Source of the DNA: Zygnema circumcarinatum SAG 698-1b
Lineage: Eukaryota; Plantae; Zygnematophyceae
Assembly (NCBI GenBank): GCA_037447605.1
Contig: CM074808.1
Coordinates: forward strand, 3,534,001-3,598,000
Direction of reading: 5' to 3'
DNA: 64,000 nucleotides
The notes beneath the pieces are model-generated. The model searched no databases and was not told the DNA's origin. It was given only the letters and a program-made list of their open reading frames with translations. This document shows, one piece after another, positions 35,606 to 46,646 of this stretch. A program made the translations under genes and the position numbers. How positions within the stretch are numbered: the first letter of the stretch is position 1; each line of letters opens with the position of its first letter.

Positions 35606-36504
35606 TGCTTGATGAAAATGGAATACACAGCCAAAAAAGAGTCTCGTCATCAGGCCAGGGAAGAACTCCAGTTCAGCAAAGAGAAAGGACAATAAACACA
35701 ACATAAAACGGCGAGGCTGGTTAAATACAAAACAAGCTGACATGGCATCAAGAAGTAAGCCTAAGAAATAAGTTATCCTGCTACCATTGACTCCAAGACG
35801 AAAAACCATTTCTCTCCTGACGGATGCACGGTCCAAGGTCCCAATCCTGACCTCCTCCAGAAGCTGAACATTAAAAATGTCAGCCAAACATCCACTGCAG
35901 CCAATAAGCCACTTCTCTAACCCTCCATCACAACCATCTTCAATCTTCCAAATCCTCCTTTCCTGCTTGAACCAAACCAAATAAGCACCTTCTCAAACGC
36001 ACATTTTTTCCCCTACCTCTACAAGCACGATCCGCACCCCGTCTCTCTCCTCCTCCACTTCCCTTCCTCCAATCAGCACGTCCTGACCCCTACCTCAGCA
36101 GCCATGGGTCAATGGCTGGCCTGTTGGAGAGGGCGAAAGCACTGAAGGAGAGATCTGCCAGGCTTGGTATTAAGGACGCTCTCGTGGAGCGACACGTGGC
36201 ATCGAAGTCCGCCAATTGACAGCCCCAAATGTGCAACGGGTTTCTATGCTGATTATTCCAGTTCGCCGTTCATATCAACGCGAAATACGCAGTTAACAGT
36301 TTTTAATCTCGTTTAACTTGCACATGTGTCACCGTTCTTGTCTCGTTCTAAGAACAGGGAGGAAATTTTCAGTCGTCCTCCGAGGAACAGAGGTTGCGAA
36401 TATAATAGACTGCCGTCATCAGACGTCATTACGTTGCAAACCCTGACTACGAGCAACCCAAACTCGACGTTTCCAGTTTCTTTCTGAGGTTGCAAACCCA
36501 CCAC

Positions 36505-36650
36505 AGTTCGGACCAGTGGATCGGCAACCATTGGACAACCATTGGATGGCAATGGTTGGACGTCTACTGGTTGGCAACCAGTCGAATGGTTGTTTCGGTC
36601 CGCAACCACTGGTTGCCAACCAGTCGACTGGTTTGTCTAATGGTCCGATC
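36505..36650. repeat. Array of CAACCA/TGGTTG palindromic units (copy A)
   Basis: Repeated CAACCA-N6-TGGTTG inverted units. Homologous to 40320-40512 in the same orientation (shared CAACCATTGGACAACC...GATGGCAATGGTTGG and terminal TAATGGTCCGA). Confidence 0.8.
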
Positions 36651-36678
36651 TGTGAAACCCACCCAATCGGAAGGAGGA

Positions 36679-36850
36679 AGTGTGGCATTGATCTCACGAT
36701 GGCTATGATGCCACCAAATGTGCATGGACAAAATCGTCATGGGGAACCACGAAGAACTAGTCGCAAAGGACCTCAACACAAAAGAAAAAAGCTAGGAGCG
36801 GAAACCTACGCCTAGGCTCAACAACGCAGCCATAGAAGCGGCCGCAGCCG
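36679..36850 (+). repeat. Dispersed repeat family copy (second + strand copy at 37105-37225)
   Basis: TGGCATTGATCTCACGATGGC...CATGGACAAAATC.TCATGGGGAACCACGAAG is shared with 37105-37225 and, inverted, with 40765-40875 and 15320-15492. Confidence 0.85.
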
Positions 36851-37104
36851 CAGTCGCAGCCAGTCCAGTTTTTTCCTCACAAGTTGAGGGCGGTCTGCAG
36901 GTGTGGCTCCAGCTTGAAACTGGCCGGAAAGGCGAACTTGGCAGTTCCAGTTCCAATAATACTGTCGGTTTTTTTAAGTCCCTCTAGAACAGCACACAGC
37001 GCTTGCCCCAACTGCTGGCTCCTGGTCACGTGGAAGTCATCATACCTTGCACGGCTCTCATTAGGTATGTATAGTACATCTGGAAACCGGAAATAGAGAT
37101 GAAG

Positions 37105-37225
37105 AAGTGGCATTGATCTCACGATGGCAAAGCCATCAAATCTACATGGACAAAATCATCATGGGGAACCACGAAGTACTGGGCGCAGGATTTAAGCACA
37201 ACAAAAAAAAGCTAAGCGCAGAAAA
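37105..37225 (+). repeat. Dispersed repeat family copy
   Basis: Aligns by eye to 36679-36800. Confidence 0.85.
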
Positions 37226-37659
37226 TTACCGGAACCGGAAGCGGACCCTGGCTTAAAACAGGCGGCCAACTTTCTGTTCCCTTCAACTGCTTACTCGCGT
37301 CCGTTTGTTTTGATTGGTTCCTTGGGTTAATAACTTAACAACTTGCATGCAACAAATACTGTACAACATCTACAAACCAAAATTTCAGCAGTCAGTTTCT
37401 TCTTTTTTTGTTAAACAGAAAGATTTTTTAAAGCTACACCTAGTTGACGACTAAAGCAATGGCGTTTCTTGGCTTTTTAGGAACGATGAGCCTCTTCTTG
37501 CTTATAACCTATGTAGACATTGAACGCAAGTCCTTAGTTGCGACCTTTTCATTGGACTTTGCATAAACAGATTCCAAAGTCGAAGATAGGAGCCTGCTCC
37601 ACTGTCTTACTTGCCACTTCGCTTAAGGCCTCAGTCTCACACCCTCCGCCCACTTAGCT

Positions 37660-39516
37660 TCATTCTCCAACTCCGGCAACCTTTGCATAAATGGCGAGCT
37701 CAACGCCTTTTCTAATCGCCAGCTGCTCTGCGAATCTACTCAGTATACACTCTTCCATCCACAGTTTCTCCAAAACTTGACAACTCCGAAGGACAGCCTC
37801 AATGCCCGAGGAAGATATATTTCGAGCCCTCCTTACGTCAAGCTCCCGCATGGCAGGACAGCTGCCAACAATGGCTTCCAAACTGATGTCTGTCAGATGA
37901 AGGCATCCCCTCAGATGTAGCCGTTGCAGCAACCGACATTTGGCAGCCATATGTATTAAACTTTGGTCCGTGACCACACAATAGCTGATGTCTAAGGACA
38001 CAAGGGAGGGGAATGATGATGTTGCAACCTTCACGCCATCATCTGTGACCGGGCACAGAGCCACGTCCAGCCGCTCTAAGCTTTCACGGCATCTGCATGA
38101 GCAATTACATGCAGCAGCGTCATCCAAGAGTCTCTACAGCAGCGTATACCTGTCAACACGATGCTCCACAAGTGCTTGCAAAACGGAAGAATGTTAAAAA
38201 AACTGTGTCAAATGAGTAGAGATTCACTTCGCACCTGCTTTCGGCAAGATTTCGAAGCGCCTCATCGTCCACTTTCATACATGCTTTTAAAGTTAATGCT
38301 TTCAATTTGACGCAGTTCTTTGCGATGGCAGTAAGCGCATCCCCTCCAACGTTCATGCATCCAACGAGCTCTATCTCTGTTAACGTTCTTCCACATCTCC
38401 CCGTCAAAGCAGCAATACCATGTGACGTCACACACGAGGAGACGCGCAGCTGAAACTTCTCAAGTTGAGTTGTAAAGCAGCCAATCAGCGAGAGGCCATG
38501 ATCCTGCAAGCGAAGGAGTGTTTTTTTTTTAAATTCAGCAAAACATCACCTTGATTTGGTTTTTCAGAGGACGTAATTTATGCACAATAGCTTTACAAAA
38601 TACGTGCATTATCAATATCCTTCACATAGATTCCTTAACGAGCTTAGGAGATTCAATCTAGTCACTACCGCGTCTACCTGCAATGCAATTTTTTTCCCAC
38701 TTTAATCAACTGTTCACGTTTGGTAGTTGTGAGTCTCTACGTAGGATATTATGAAATGTAAAGCCTGCAATAGAAATTTTATAAATAAACCAAAAAAAAA
38801 AAATTGAAACTCGTGAATAATCTTCGCTAAGTAATTGGAAACAAATACAAAAATTCAATCCATTTTATATTTGAAACGGCATCCAATGCCGATCAAATAG
38901 ATCCAAGTGAAAAAAAACAAAGGAGCGTTAACTCAGCCCTCAAAGCATCAATAGTTGATTCCAAAAGAATGGAGGAAGCAACACTTACCGTTAGAGCTGC
39001 TTCTGCAGGTACACGAAAATTGACAATCTCGATTTCTTTCAATACTAAAACTCGCTCCAATAATTTAGCGATAATGCTGTCCATGCCACTTTCAACTTCC
39101 AAAAATTGCTTTCGCATTTCAAAATGCCCGGTGACAGCATTCAGCTTGATCTTATGTCGGAGCAGAGACTCCATTCTGAGCCATCGCTTGCAGACAAGGC
39201 TGACATTGTTCCTGTCCCGTGTATCCCTCAGAAAGCTAAAAATGAGAAGCATAATGTCGTCAGGGGCATCACAGTGTGCCGCAAGGTGCGTACTATTCGG
39301 AGGAAGATGCTGCACTTCAGGACGGCGTATGCTTCCTCTGAAGCTTGAAACTGGCATTGCATACGCTTCTTTCCTTTCAGAACCACAGGAAAAGGCGAAA
39401 GTAGAGGAAGGAGCGGGAGGAATGTGGGAAGTGAGGCCTAATGAAGGAAGAGGGGACGATGATGAGGAGACGGAAGAAGAGGGCGAGAAGGATGCAGATG
39501 AGGCAGAGAGACACAT
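37660..39516 (-). CDS. F-box/LRR-repeat protein; 3 exons, about 356-409 aa depending on start codon
   Basis: Exons 39516(or 39357)-38989, 38503-38235 and 38092-37660 join in phase. F-box PDDIMLLIFSFLRDTRDRNNVSLVCKRW. Cys-containing LRRs such as LTEIELVGCMNVGGDAL, LKALTLKACMKVDDEAL, LQRLHLRGCLHLTDISL and MRELDVRRARNISSSGI. Confidence 0.9.
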
Positions 39517-39804
39517 CCTAGATATGCTACACCTGTCTAATAAAGGATTGCAGAATTATAGGTCAAGCGTACTTTATAAAACTTGGAAGAAAGTATTCGC
39601 CAAGCTTGAAACAAGGAGGAGGTTGATAAAGACAAGGCAGAAAATGAAGATTCAGGTTTGAAGCAGAAAAGAATTGCAGTAAAAGCTCTCTGGCTGCAGG
39701 AGAGCAGGCCTCAGTCGTAAAAAGCTGAAGAACAAATTTAATCCAAACGAGCTCGGAAAAATAATTTCAAAAGTATCTCCTCCACCTCAAGCAGAGTCAG
39801 CGGA

Positions 39805-39905
39805 GTCCGTACAACAAAACAATCTCCGTACTGGCGTACCTTCTAAGACGTACTGTACCCGATTCGTACTGTACATCACGATATTGTACGGTATTGTACG
39901 AACAC
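39805..39905. repeat. CGTAC/GTACG-rich cluster
   Basis: Dense GTAC cores (CCGTAC, CGTACTGTAC, TTGTACG). Similar clusters occur near 9.7-10.0, 15.0-15.1, 49.3-49.6 and 61.5-61.6 kb. Confidence 0.65.
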
Positions 39906-40319
39906 GTTCCCACTTGCAAAAAGGCGGCGCTTCGAAGGGCCTCAGAAACATTTGTCAAATGCGCCAAGCTATTCGCTATTTGCTGGACATTGACATGGAA
40001 ATAATTTCACATATTTACAATCCTCTCAGGCAATTTGTGACCACGGCCGATTTAAACAGATCCCTTTTCAAGTCACGGGCAGTTAAAAAACATTTTCCCA
40101 CGTCAAAACTCGGCTTCGGCGACCCTGAAATTGAAACTGTGGCGAATCAAATTTAATTTCGCCTTTTGGCGGTCGAAGAGTCAGTCGTCCGCGGTCATTT
40201 AGTAGCCCCAAAAAGATCTCAGGAATCGAATATTTGGATTTGTCTGACCGGTTCTTCAAAAGAGCCTGATTTGCTTTGTCGCGTTCTGACTTCTGAGTGA
40301 CCCGCCAATCTTGCACAGG

Positions 40320-40512
40320 TCGCACCAGTGAGTGGATCATCAACCATTGGACAACCATGAGATGGCAATGGTTGGAAGTCCGATGGTTGGCAGCCAGTCG
40401 AATGGTTGCCAACCATTGGCATCCACTGGTTCCGAACCATTCGAATGGTTTGTTTTGATCCGGCGCCAATGGTTGGCTACCAGTCGAATGGTTGGCCTAA
40501 TGGTCCGACCTG
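40320..40512. repeat. Array of CAACCA/TGGTTG palindromic units (copy B)
   Basis: Homologous to 36505-36650; contains CCAGTCGAATGGTTG units. Confidence 0.8.
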
Positions 40513-40764
40513 CGCAATATTGGGCGCGGGCGATCGGCCAGAGAAATCTGATCGGATCTTATCTGATCTGATTCTATGTGCTATTCGTACATGTCATACG
40601 GTATCTGGCAAAGACCTAGCCAGCGTGGCAAGTGGCCCTGGCGGCTTTTTTGGCTGGTCCTTGTCGTTTTTCCCACCGAAGACACCTGAGGAAAAGGTGG
40701 CATACTTCTGAGAAATCTTCAGATCGTATGTCAAATTTAAGAAAGAAAGGAAAGAACGACGCTT

Positions 40765-40875
40765 GTTTCTTTGTGCTTGGGTCCTTTAACGGCCAGTTCC
40801 TCGTGGTTCCCCATGCTGATTTTGTCCATGTACATTTGATGGCCTCATCGCCGTCGTGAGATCAGTGCCACTTCC
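40765..40875 (-). repeat. Inverted copy of the dispersed repeat family
   Basis: CGTGGTTCCCCATGCTGATTTTGTCCATGTACATTTGATGGC...CGTGAGATCAGTGCCACTTC is the reverse complement of the 36679/37105 copies. Confidence 0.85.
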
Positions 40876-41548
40876 TTTATCTTTTTTGCACTGAGATTTG
40901 GTTGAGCAAATGAGGATCATTTTATGCTTGGAGGGAGGGAGGCATGCAAGTGCATGGCCGATAGCGGATGGGAGGGCGGATTAAAAGGTTATGACTGGCC
41001 TCCATTTGCAGTAAGGAACAACACGCATTTGGGTGTTGGCTGACAGCATGGACAGATGCATCAGTTAGGAAGCATCCGCAGGAGGAAGCTAGAAACTTTG
41101 CACTGCAATTGAATACATTGGTGACCGGTGATGCTGCTGCGCTATCTTCTTCTCTGATGTGTTGTAGCGAGGGAGGGTGATTGACTACGATGTGAATGGA
41201 CGGTTCAAGGGAACCAAAACTTCCTTGTGTTCTAAGCAATCCGTGAAAGCAAGTAGCAACGCGTGTTTTATATGGAGCGATGCACAACGCCGCTTGACAA
41301 CATCGTCACGGCAGCACTGTGAAATCTTTTGCGCAAGTTAGGGTCCGACCTTGAGAGAGTGCTTGACTCGCCGCTTTGATCCTAAAAGCACAGAAATCCT
41401 AAAATTATAGAAAAGAGCATTGATGGACTGCGAAACATCCCAACCTCACAAAGCGAGCAAGCGTGAAATGAACATGCTGAAGAGTAGCAGCCTTGCCAGG
41501 CTCCTCTCCTTTGCAGGAGGCAACATTTCACGAATGCTCGCCTTGCCT

Positions 41549-44500
41549 TTACTCGCCCTGTCGGCGTCTCTGCACGGTTACCCTCGTCTCATATACCGGA
41601 ACTGCTTCTGCAACCCCGCTTTCCGGATATCCACTTTCCGAAAAATGACTTGAGATTTCCGTTATTCTACGAGGAGCCTCATCTTCATTCCCAACTTTCT
41701 CCGGCTCCTCTTCATTTGGAGCGTCTCTTGTCACGGCTGCTATGCTCTCTTGTGATGATTCCTGGCCGGCTTCAACGTACAGCTGGTGGTGGCCCTCTGC
41801 GTTGGTCTCGACAAAGGTTGGTGAACTCGGCTGCCTCCACAGATGCTGCAGTTCTGAAGGGCTCTCTAAAAAATCCTGTCATAACCAATGACCAGTTTTT
41901 CAGGGGTGTTACTCTACTAGCAATTGCTCTATATTTTCAGCTTTTACTGACGATGAAACAAGCGATAAAACGCAGTTTCAAATTATCACAACCGCATTTC
42001 CGACCAACATTTCACATACTTCTTCATCAAGGTAAGGACAGAACAGGTAACGATTACATCATGGAGCAATGCATATTCATCACAGATTACGAATGGGAAG
42101 TTGAGAAAGGTCGGCAGCCAACCTACCTTTGTATTCTGTTGGCTTCTTCCTTCTGCTAGAGGTTCCTTTCCCTGTCGTTGTCGACAGCGAGCCCAAGCAA
42201 TAGTAAGAGCGACTATGAGTATGAGGCCGAGAAACGCCCCTGCTAGTGCAAGCAGCCATGGCAACTTACTTTTATGGGATGGAGCTGAAGGCAAATCTGC
42301 AATCACGCAGTTTTGATGAAATCAACAAAAACTCAAATCTCTATGGGAGATAGTGGGTTGACGGAAAAAGGAAAAAAAACATGGGTGAAATTCGATAAAA
42401 ATCTCCTTGGAAATGAAAAAAAGATATTGGCATAGAAGGATGAGGCTACTGAAGTAAAATGTACCTGAAGGTGATAATGCATGTCGATCAACGACGATAG
42501 AGATGGTCCAGTTTTTGGAGTAAAGAGGCCCTCCACCTCCTTCTGCACCAGTAGTTTTCAACGAGACCAGCAAGGTCGATGCGACTTGCACGATTGTACC
42601 CTGAACATTACAGGAGTTCATAGCACGCTTAGAGCCGCTGTCAGTTCAGATGGTGGTTCCGGCAATAAAATAAGGCATCCCATATTGATGGCTGTATCTA
42701 GACTTTGATGCTTTGATTCTGAGAGGACGACATTTGAGCTTCGAAGTTACATGTGCATCACGCACTCATGCTTATAAGCTTCCCGAGTTAAACGTTGTGA
42801 TAGTACCCCACATTTTCACTGGGCGGAAAGTAAACGAGATGTAGCAGCGCTCTGTTCAAGGTTTCTTCTTGCCCTTCCACATCGACAACCGGTCCCTGCA
42901 TTTAGCCAACGGCAAAAGCTTAGCCTCGTCTCGGTTTCATCCCCTCTCACACTTCCATGCAGGGTCCAAGTGCAAGACCTACCGAAACAGGACCTTGTTG
43001 AAGAGGCATCTGCAAGATTCCATGCCCTACTTGCAAGGAGATCTCCAGTACGACCTCCGAACTGTCTGCATGGCAAATACAAGCTTTCTTATTATGGGGA
43101 CACAACACAGAAACCCAGGTTTTTAGCAGCGTTATCATCAAAGAACCATTTGAACATACTGCAAATTCTGGTCTGCTTAGTGCTTACTGCTTACTCGCTC
43201 ATGCATTAACCAACCTGTTAGTGATATTCCAGACAGGAGAGTGCCATTAGCAAGAACCGCCGCTTCAGCATCTGAAGTTGTGATATTGATAGTGAAACTT
43301 TCAGGAGCAAATAGAGTAGCCGATCCATCTGCAGCCGAAACCCTAATTTCCACATAGCCCCTTGCTGTGCGGTTCAGGTCGTCCCCGATCTCATAGGCGA
43401 GCGCGTCCACGCCCTCAAACGCCTCAGCGGGCGTGTAGACAATCGCCGAGCCATCCACCCGCGCGGCTCCATGTGACGGATCCTGCACTCGCAGTAAACG
43501 TTGGTCTGACGGTTCTCTGCAAGAGGACGAAATATGTCGAGACTAGTACATATTGTTGGGGATGAATGCGGTAATAGCACGCAAAGAGTACTGTTTCTGG
43601 AAAACATCTCGAAGCACGACCCTTTCGATTTCTTCGCCCAATCTAGCTCTGATTTAGGGGCACGAACACACTGAAAAGTACATGTTAAGTGTATGGAACA
43701 CAGCTCAATCCCTAGGGGCACGTGCCAACCTGTACGACACCCAGGAGCATAGCCTCTCCGCGCGCCACGTGGCATCCCGCGAGCGCCGCTACGCGCACAC
43801 TGACTCCCCCGTGCGTGGCCGCGCTGTGATTGGCCGCCACAGGCGCGAAGTCCACTGCGCGCACACACCCCCCCTCCCCCCTCCCCGCCGCCTGTCAGCG
43901 TTTTCTCGGTGCCAATGGTTGTCAACCTCGCCAACGGTTGTCATGATGTCAATGGTTGTCAATTGATACAATGGTTGTCATAGTGCCAATGGTTGTCAAT
44001 TGAGCCAATGGTTGTCAACCGAGACAACGGTTGTCAGAATGCCAATGGTTGTCGAGCGAGCCAACGGTTGTCATAATGCCAATGGTTGTCGAGTGAGCCA
44101 ATGGTTGCGGCATGAGAGAATTCAGGCCGGCCTTCGGGCAATACCGTAAAGCTCAAGCCGGCGAGGCTCTTACTTGGAAGGACAGTCCAGCTGAGCGAGT
44201 GACTCGGTCCAAAGGGCAGCGAGAGGCCCTGGAGGGTCGCAACTACTGTGTACTGAGCAGGTCCTGCTGCTGTAGCGCTGACAAGATAGGTTCCATTCTT
44301 CAGATCCTGCACAGTGACTGCAGGTTGAACGCGTGCAGTTACTGGTGTGTTCATCATATCCTACCAGCTAAACCGGTACAGTGAATTACCGTTACAGGGT
44401 TAAAAAAAAAGGTGTCAACATCACTCTACTTTTGGCTGGAGAATCTGCTGAAATGGACCTCAACCAAGGTATGCACGCAACTGAGCGTAACGGCGTCCAT

Positions 44501-46287
44501 GCTTACTGGTTGCTTGAGGTCCACTGGTGGAGTTGGATATCAGACGCACTTTGAAAGTCGCCCCTCCCTCTGTTAGTGGGTTTCCATATGTATCGCATGT
44601 AGTTAATGACAGAATGGTCGTTGAATTACTTTTTGAAGTGAGTATCCAGCTAGGAATAGTCTTCTGGAGGTAAAGTCCGAACACCTCCGTGGCAGTCACG
44701 TCAAGTGGCCCTATATGCAGCGAAACCAATACATTAAGCTCCCTTTCATCTCCGGAAATTTTTCTTTTTGGATGGGTTTTCTGCAAAGTAGGTGCCAGAT
44801 TGCATTCTGCAAGATGTGAGAATGGTTGAAAGTCAATTTACCTGGCGTAACAAGAACTGAAACGGGTCCAAGCCCGACCAATGTGCCATTGTAAAATGCC
44901 ACAACTTTGTGTTCACCCGCTTTGGTGAAATTCAAAAGGTAAGTGTAGGTTCCATTTCCCCTATACGTTGGGAGACCGTTGCGGTAGGTCTCCTGCTCTT
45001 GAATTTGAAATAGATCCGTGTACGTGGACTGCACATTGCCAAATGCATCTCTCGCAACGATGTGCACAGAGTACGATTCTCCCGCAACAATAGCTTCATC
45101 TGCATCCCCGTTAATGTCCGATGCTTCTGCAGATATGGGGCCTGCAAACAAGGTAGAATTCCGAACAAAACCACACAGGACGAAATTCCACGTTATCAAG
45201 GCAAGACACGCAGGGCTCTTGCTGTCCTGAGGACAAAACAAAAATCTGGCTGCCCTAAAGGCTTGAACGTCCTAAAACTCCTTTCATGTCACTGAGAAGT
45301 TAAGACATGAACCTCAGTAGCCACACCTGGCAACACAGGCGGAAGGTACGTGGGCTCATCGGCATTTGATGTGTAGCCTGTCCTGCTCCAAGTCTCCTCA
45401 TACAACAGCCATATTTTTAGGAGGTATTGTCCCGCTATTGTGGCTCTAAACTGCACAGTGTACACTCCTCCGTCAGATGGTAGCAGCATAACCGGCAGCT
45501 GCTGCCCCGTGCCATTGTGAATGAGGTCAATACGAAATGTGTCCCCTGCAGAGTCCAGCAAGTTTGACAAGGCGCTGAAGGTGGTCCAGGTATCACGCGC
45601 GAATATATGGAAAGTGGTCAAAGTGCCTGCTTGTATGCTGGGTGAAGACCCAAGAACCTTTGGTAGGTCAGTGTTTGTACGTCGAGGAGATGCAGGAGGC
45701 ACTGCAATCATTTCCAATTATCGAAAAATTGCTCTTTCAGATTGTGAGAAATAACGACTGCTGAATTGTTCCATGCCAAGAAGATTGTGTGTGAGTGTGT
45801 CCTCCTGCTTCTCTAGGTGTATAATGTATGTAATTCTCGTTCATATGACGTTTGAGTACGAGGAGGCAAATGTACACGGCCTTGGTGGGATAAAGGAGAG
45901 GGCACTTACGGCCAGGTTTAATGTATAGCACGTTGCGGAAAGGACTGCCAGCTATATGTGTTCCTCCTGACGTAGTCTCTGTGATTTCAACCGTGTACAA
46001 TACAGTGGTTCCCTGCAAGTCATAGTTCGGGGGAGCCCCCGCATTTTGCCTATATGAAGATAATGTCGCATGATAGGTGAGTAGGTAGCCGCCAAGCACT
46101 GCCTGTTGTGTGGCGGGAGAATGAGAGAAGTCCGCAGAGGGGCTGAGAGTGAGGCTGAAATGGAGCGAATCATCCGGTGTGGCCGTAAACTCGCTCCCAG
46201 AACTGTCTCGCAACTGCACGAAAACAGAGGTAAACCCCACCGTCGTGTTGCTAATGCGAGCAGTGCTGTGTGGGATCGACACGGGCC
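41549..46287 (-). CDS. GEX2: GEX2/FUS1-like single-pass membrane protein with filamin-type Ig repeats and a bacterial Ig/cadherin-like (Big_9-type) domain; 5' end not resolved
   Basis: Successive exons encode filamin-like repeats (GPVSIPHSTA..VQLRDSSG..IAGSPF; AGTLTTFHIFARD..DGGVYTVQFRATIAGQYLLKI; GPISAEAS..IVAGESYSVHIVARDAFGN..GNGTYTYLLNFTKAGEHKV; GPLDVTATEV..TCDTYGNPLTEGGATF..LKNGTYLVSATAAGPAQYTV). A Big_9-like unit follows (DPSHGAARVDGSAIVYTPAEAFEGVDALAYEIGD), then an Ig unit (LNRALLHLVYFP), a TM helix (WLLALAGAFLGLILIVALTIAW followed by RCRQR) and a roughly 110-aa cytoplasmic tail ending at 41549. This architecture matches GEX2 as recalled; orthology not tested. Confidence 0.7.
43911..44108. 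repeat. Minisatellite: 11 copies of a CAAYGGTTG(TC) core at roughly 18/19-nt spacing, inside a GEX2-like intron
   Basis: Copies counted directly; 5-6 nt variable linkers; core related to the CAACCA/TGGTTG arrays at 36.5 and 40.3 kb. Confidence 0.9.
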
Positions 46288-46430
46288 CTACACATGCGCT
46301 GTCACAGTCCTGTTGTCAGCCGCCTTTCAAGTGAGACGCAGGTCCTATTGGCACTTGACTAGACCCTCGATTGTTCAAAGGAGGAGATTAGCAGGCGCTA
46401 AAGGCAAAGGTACTCCCTGTGGTAATAATA

Positions 46431-46646
46431 ATAGAGTCAAAAATTCAACCATAAAGAACGGCAAAAAAAGTGCTCTCCGAACCGTGCGAGATGATCACCC
46501 ATCACACGGCTCACCACCTCTGTTTTGTTATTGAGTAACACATTGACCAGCAGAACCCAAATTGCTTACAGTGAAACATGGGTGCAACAAGCGAACGCAG
46601 CTCGCGCGGCGCTACCTTCGGTAGCTTGCTCACGCCGTTTTGAAGC
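46431..46646 (-). other. 3' part of a mitochondrial group II intron (domain V 46479-46512, domain VI, ending ...GACTCTAT) directly before the atp6 exon 2 start
   Basis: Minus strand reads GAGCCGTGTGATGGGTGATCATCTCGCACGGTTC (34-nt domain V), then GGAGAGCAC...TTGACTCTAT ending in AY, then TATTATTACCACAGGGAGTACC (LLPQGVP). Confidence 0.9.

Noticed and set aside
35606-35980. Extended N-terminus of the F-box/kelch ORF (from 35980)
   Set aside because: It begins at a non-ATG codon and reads as Phe/Leu-rich UTR or intron-like sequence with no conserved motif.
37660-39516. Calling the F-box/LRR gene TIR1 or COI1
   Set aside because: Only the F-box signature is similar. The protein is much shorter and I see no auxin, jasmonate or InsP pocket motifs.
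38969-39661. Plus-strand 230-aa ORF (also 22479-22955 and 57711-58112) as separate antisense genes
   Set aside because: These are shadows on the opposite strand of well-supported exons, with no independent motifs or splice support.
43911-44108. Regularly spaced repeats resembling a CRISPR array
   Set aside because: The core is only about 11-13 bp with 5-6 nt linkers, there are no cas genes, and the context is a eukaryotic intron. It is a minisatellite.
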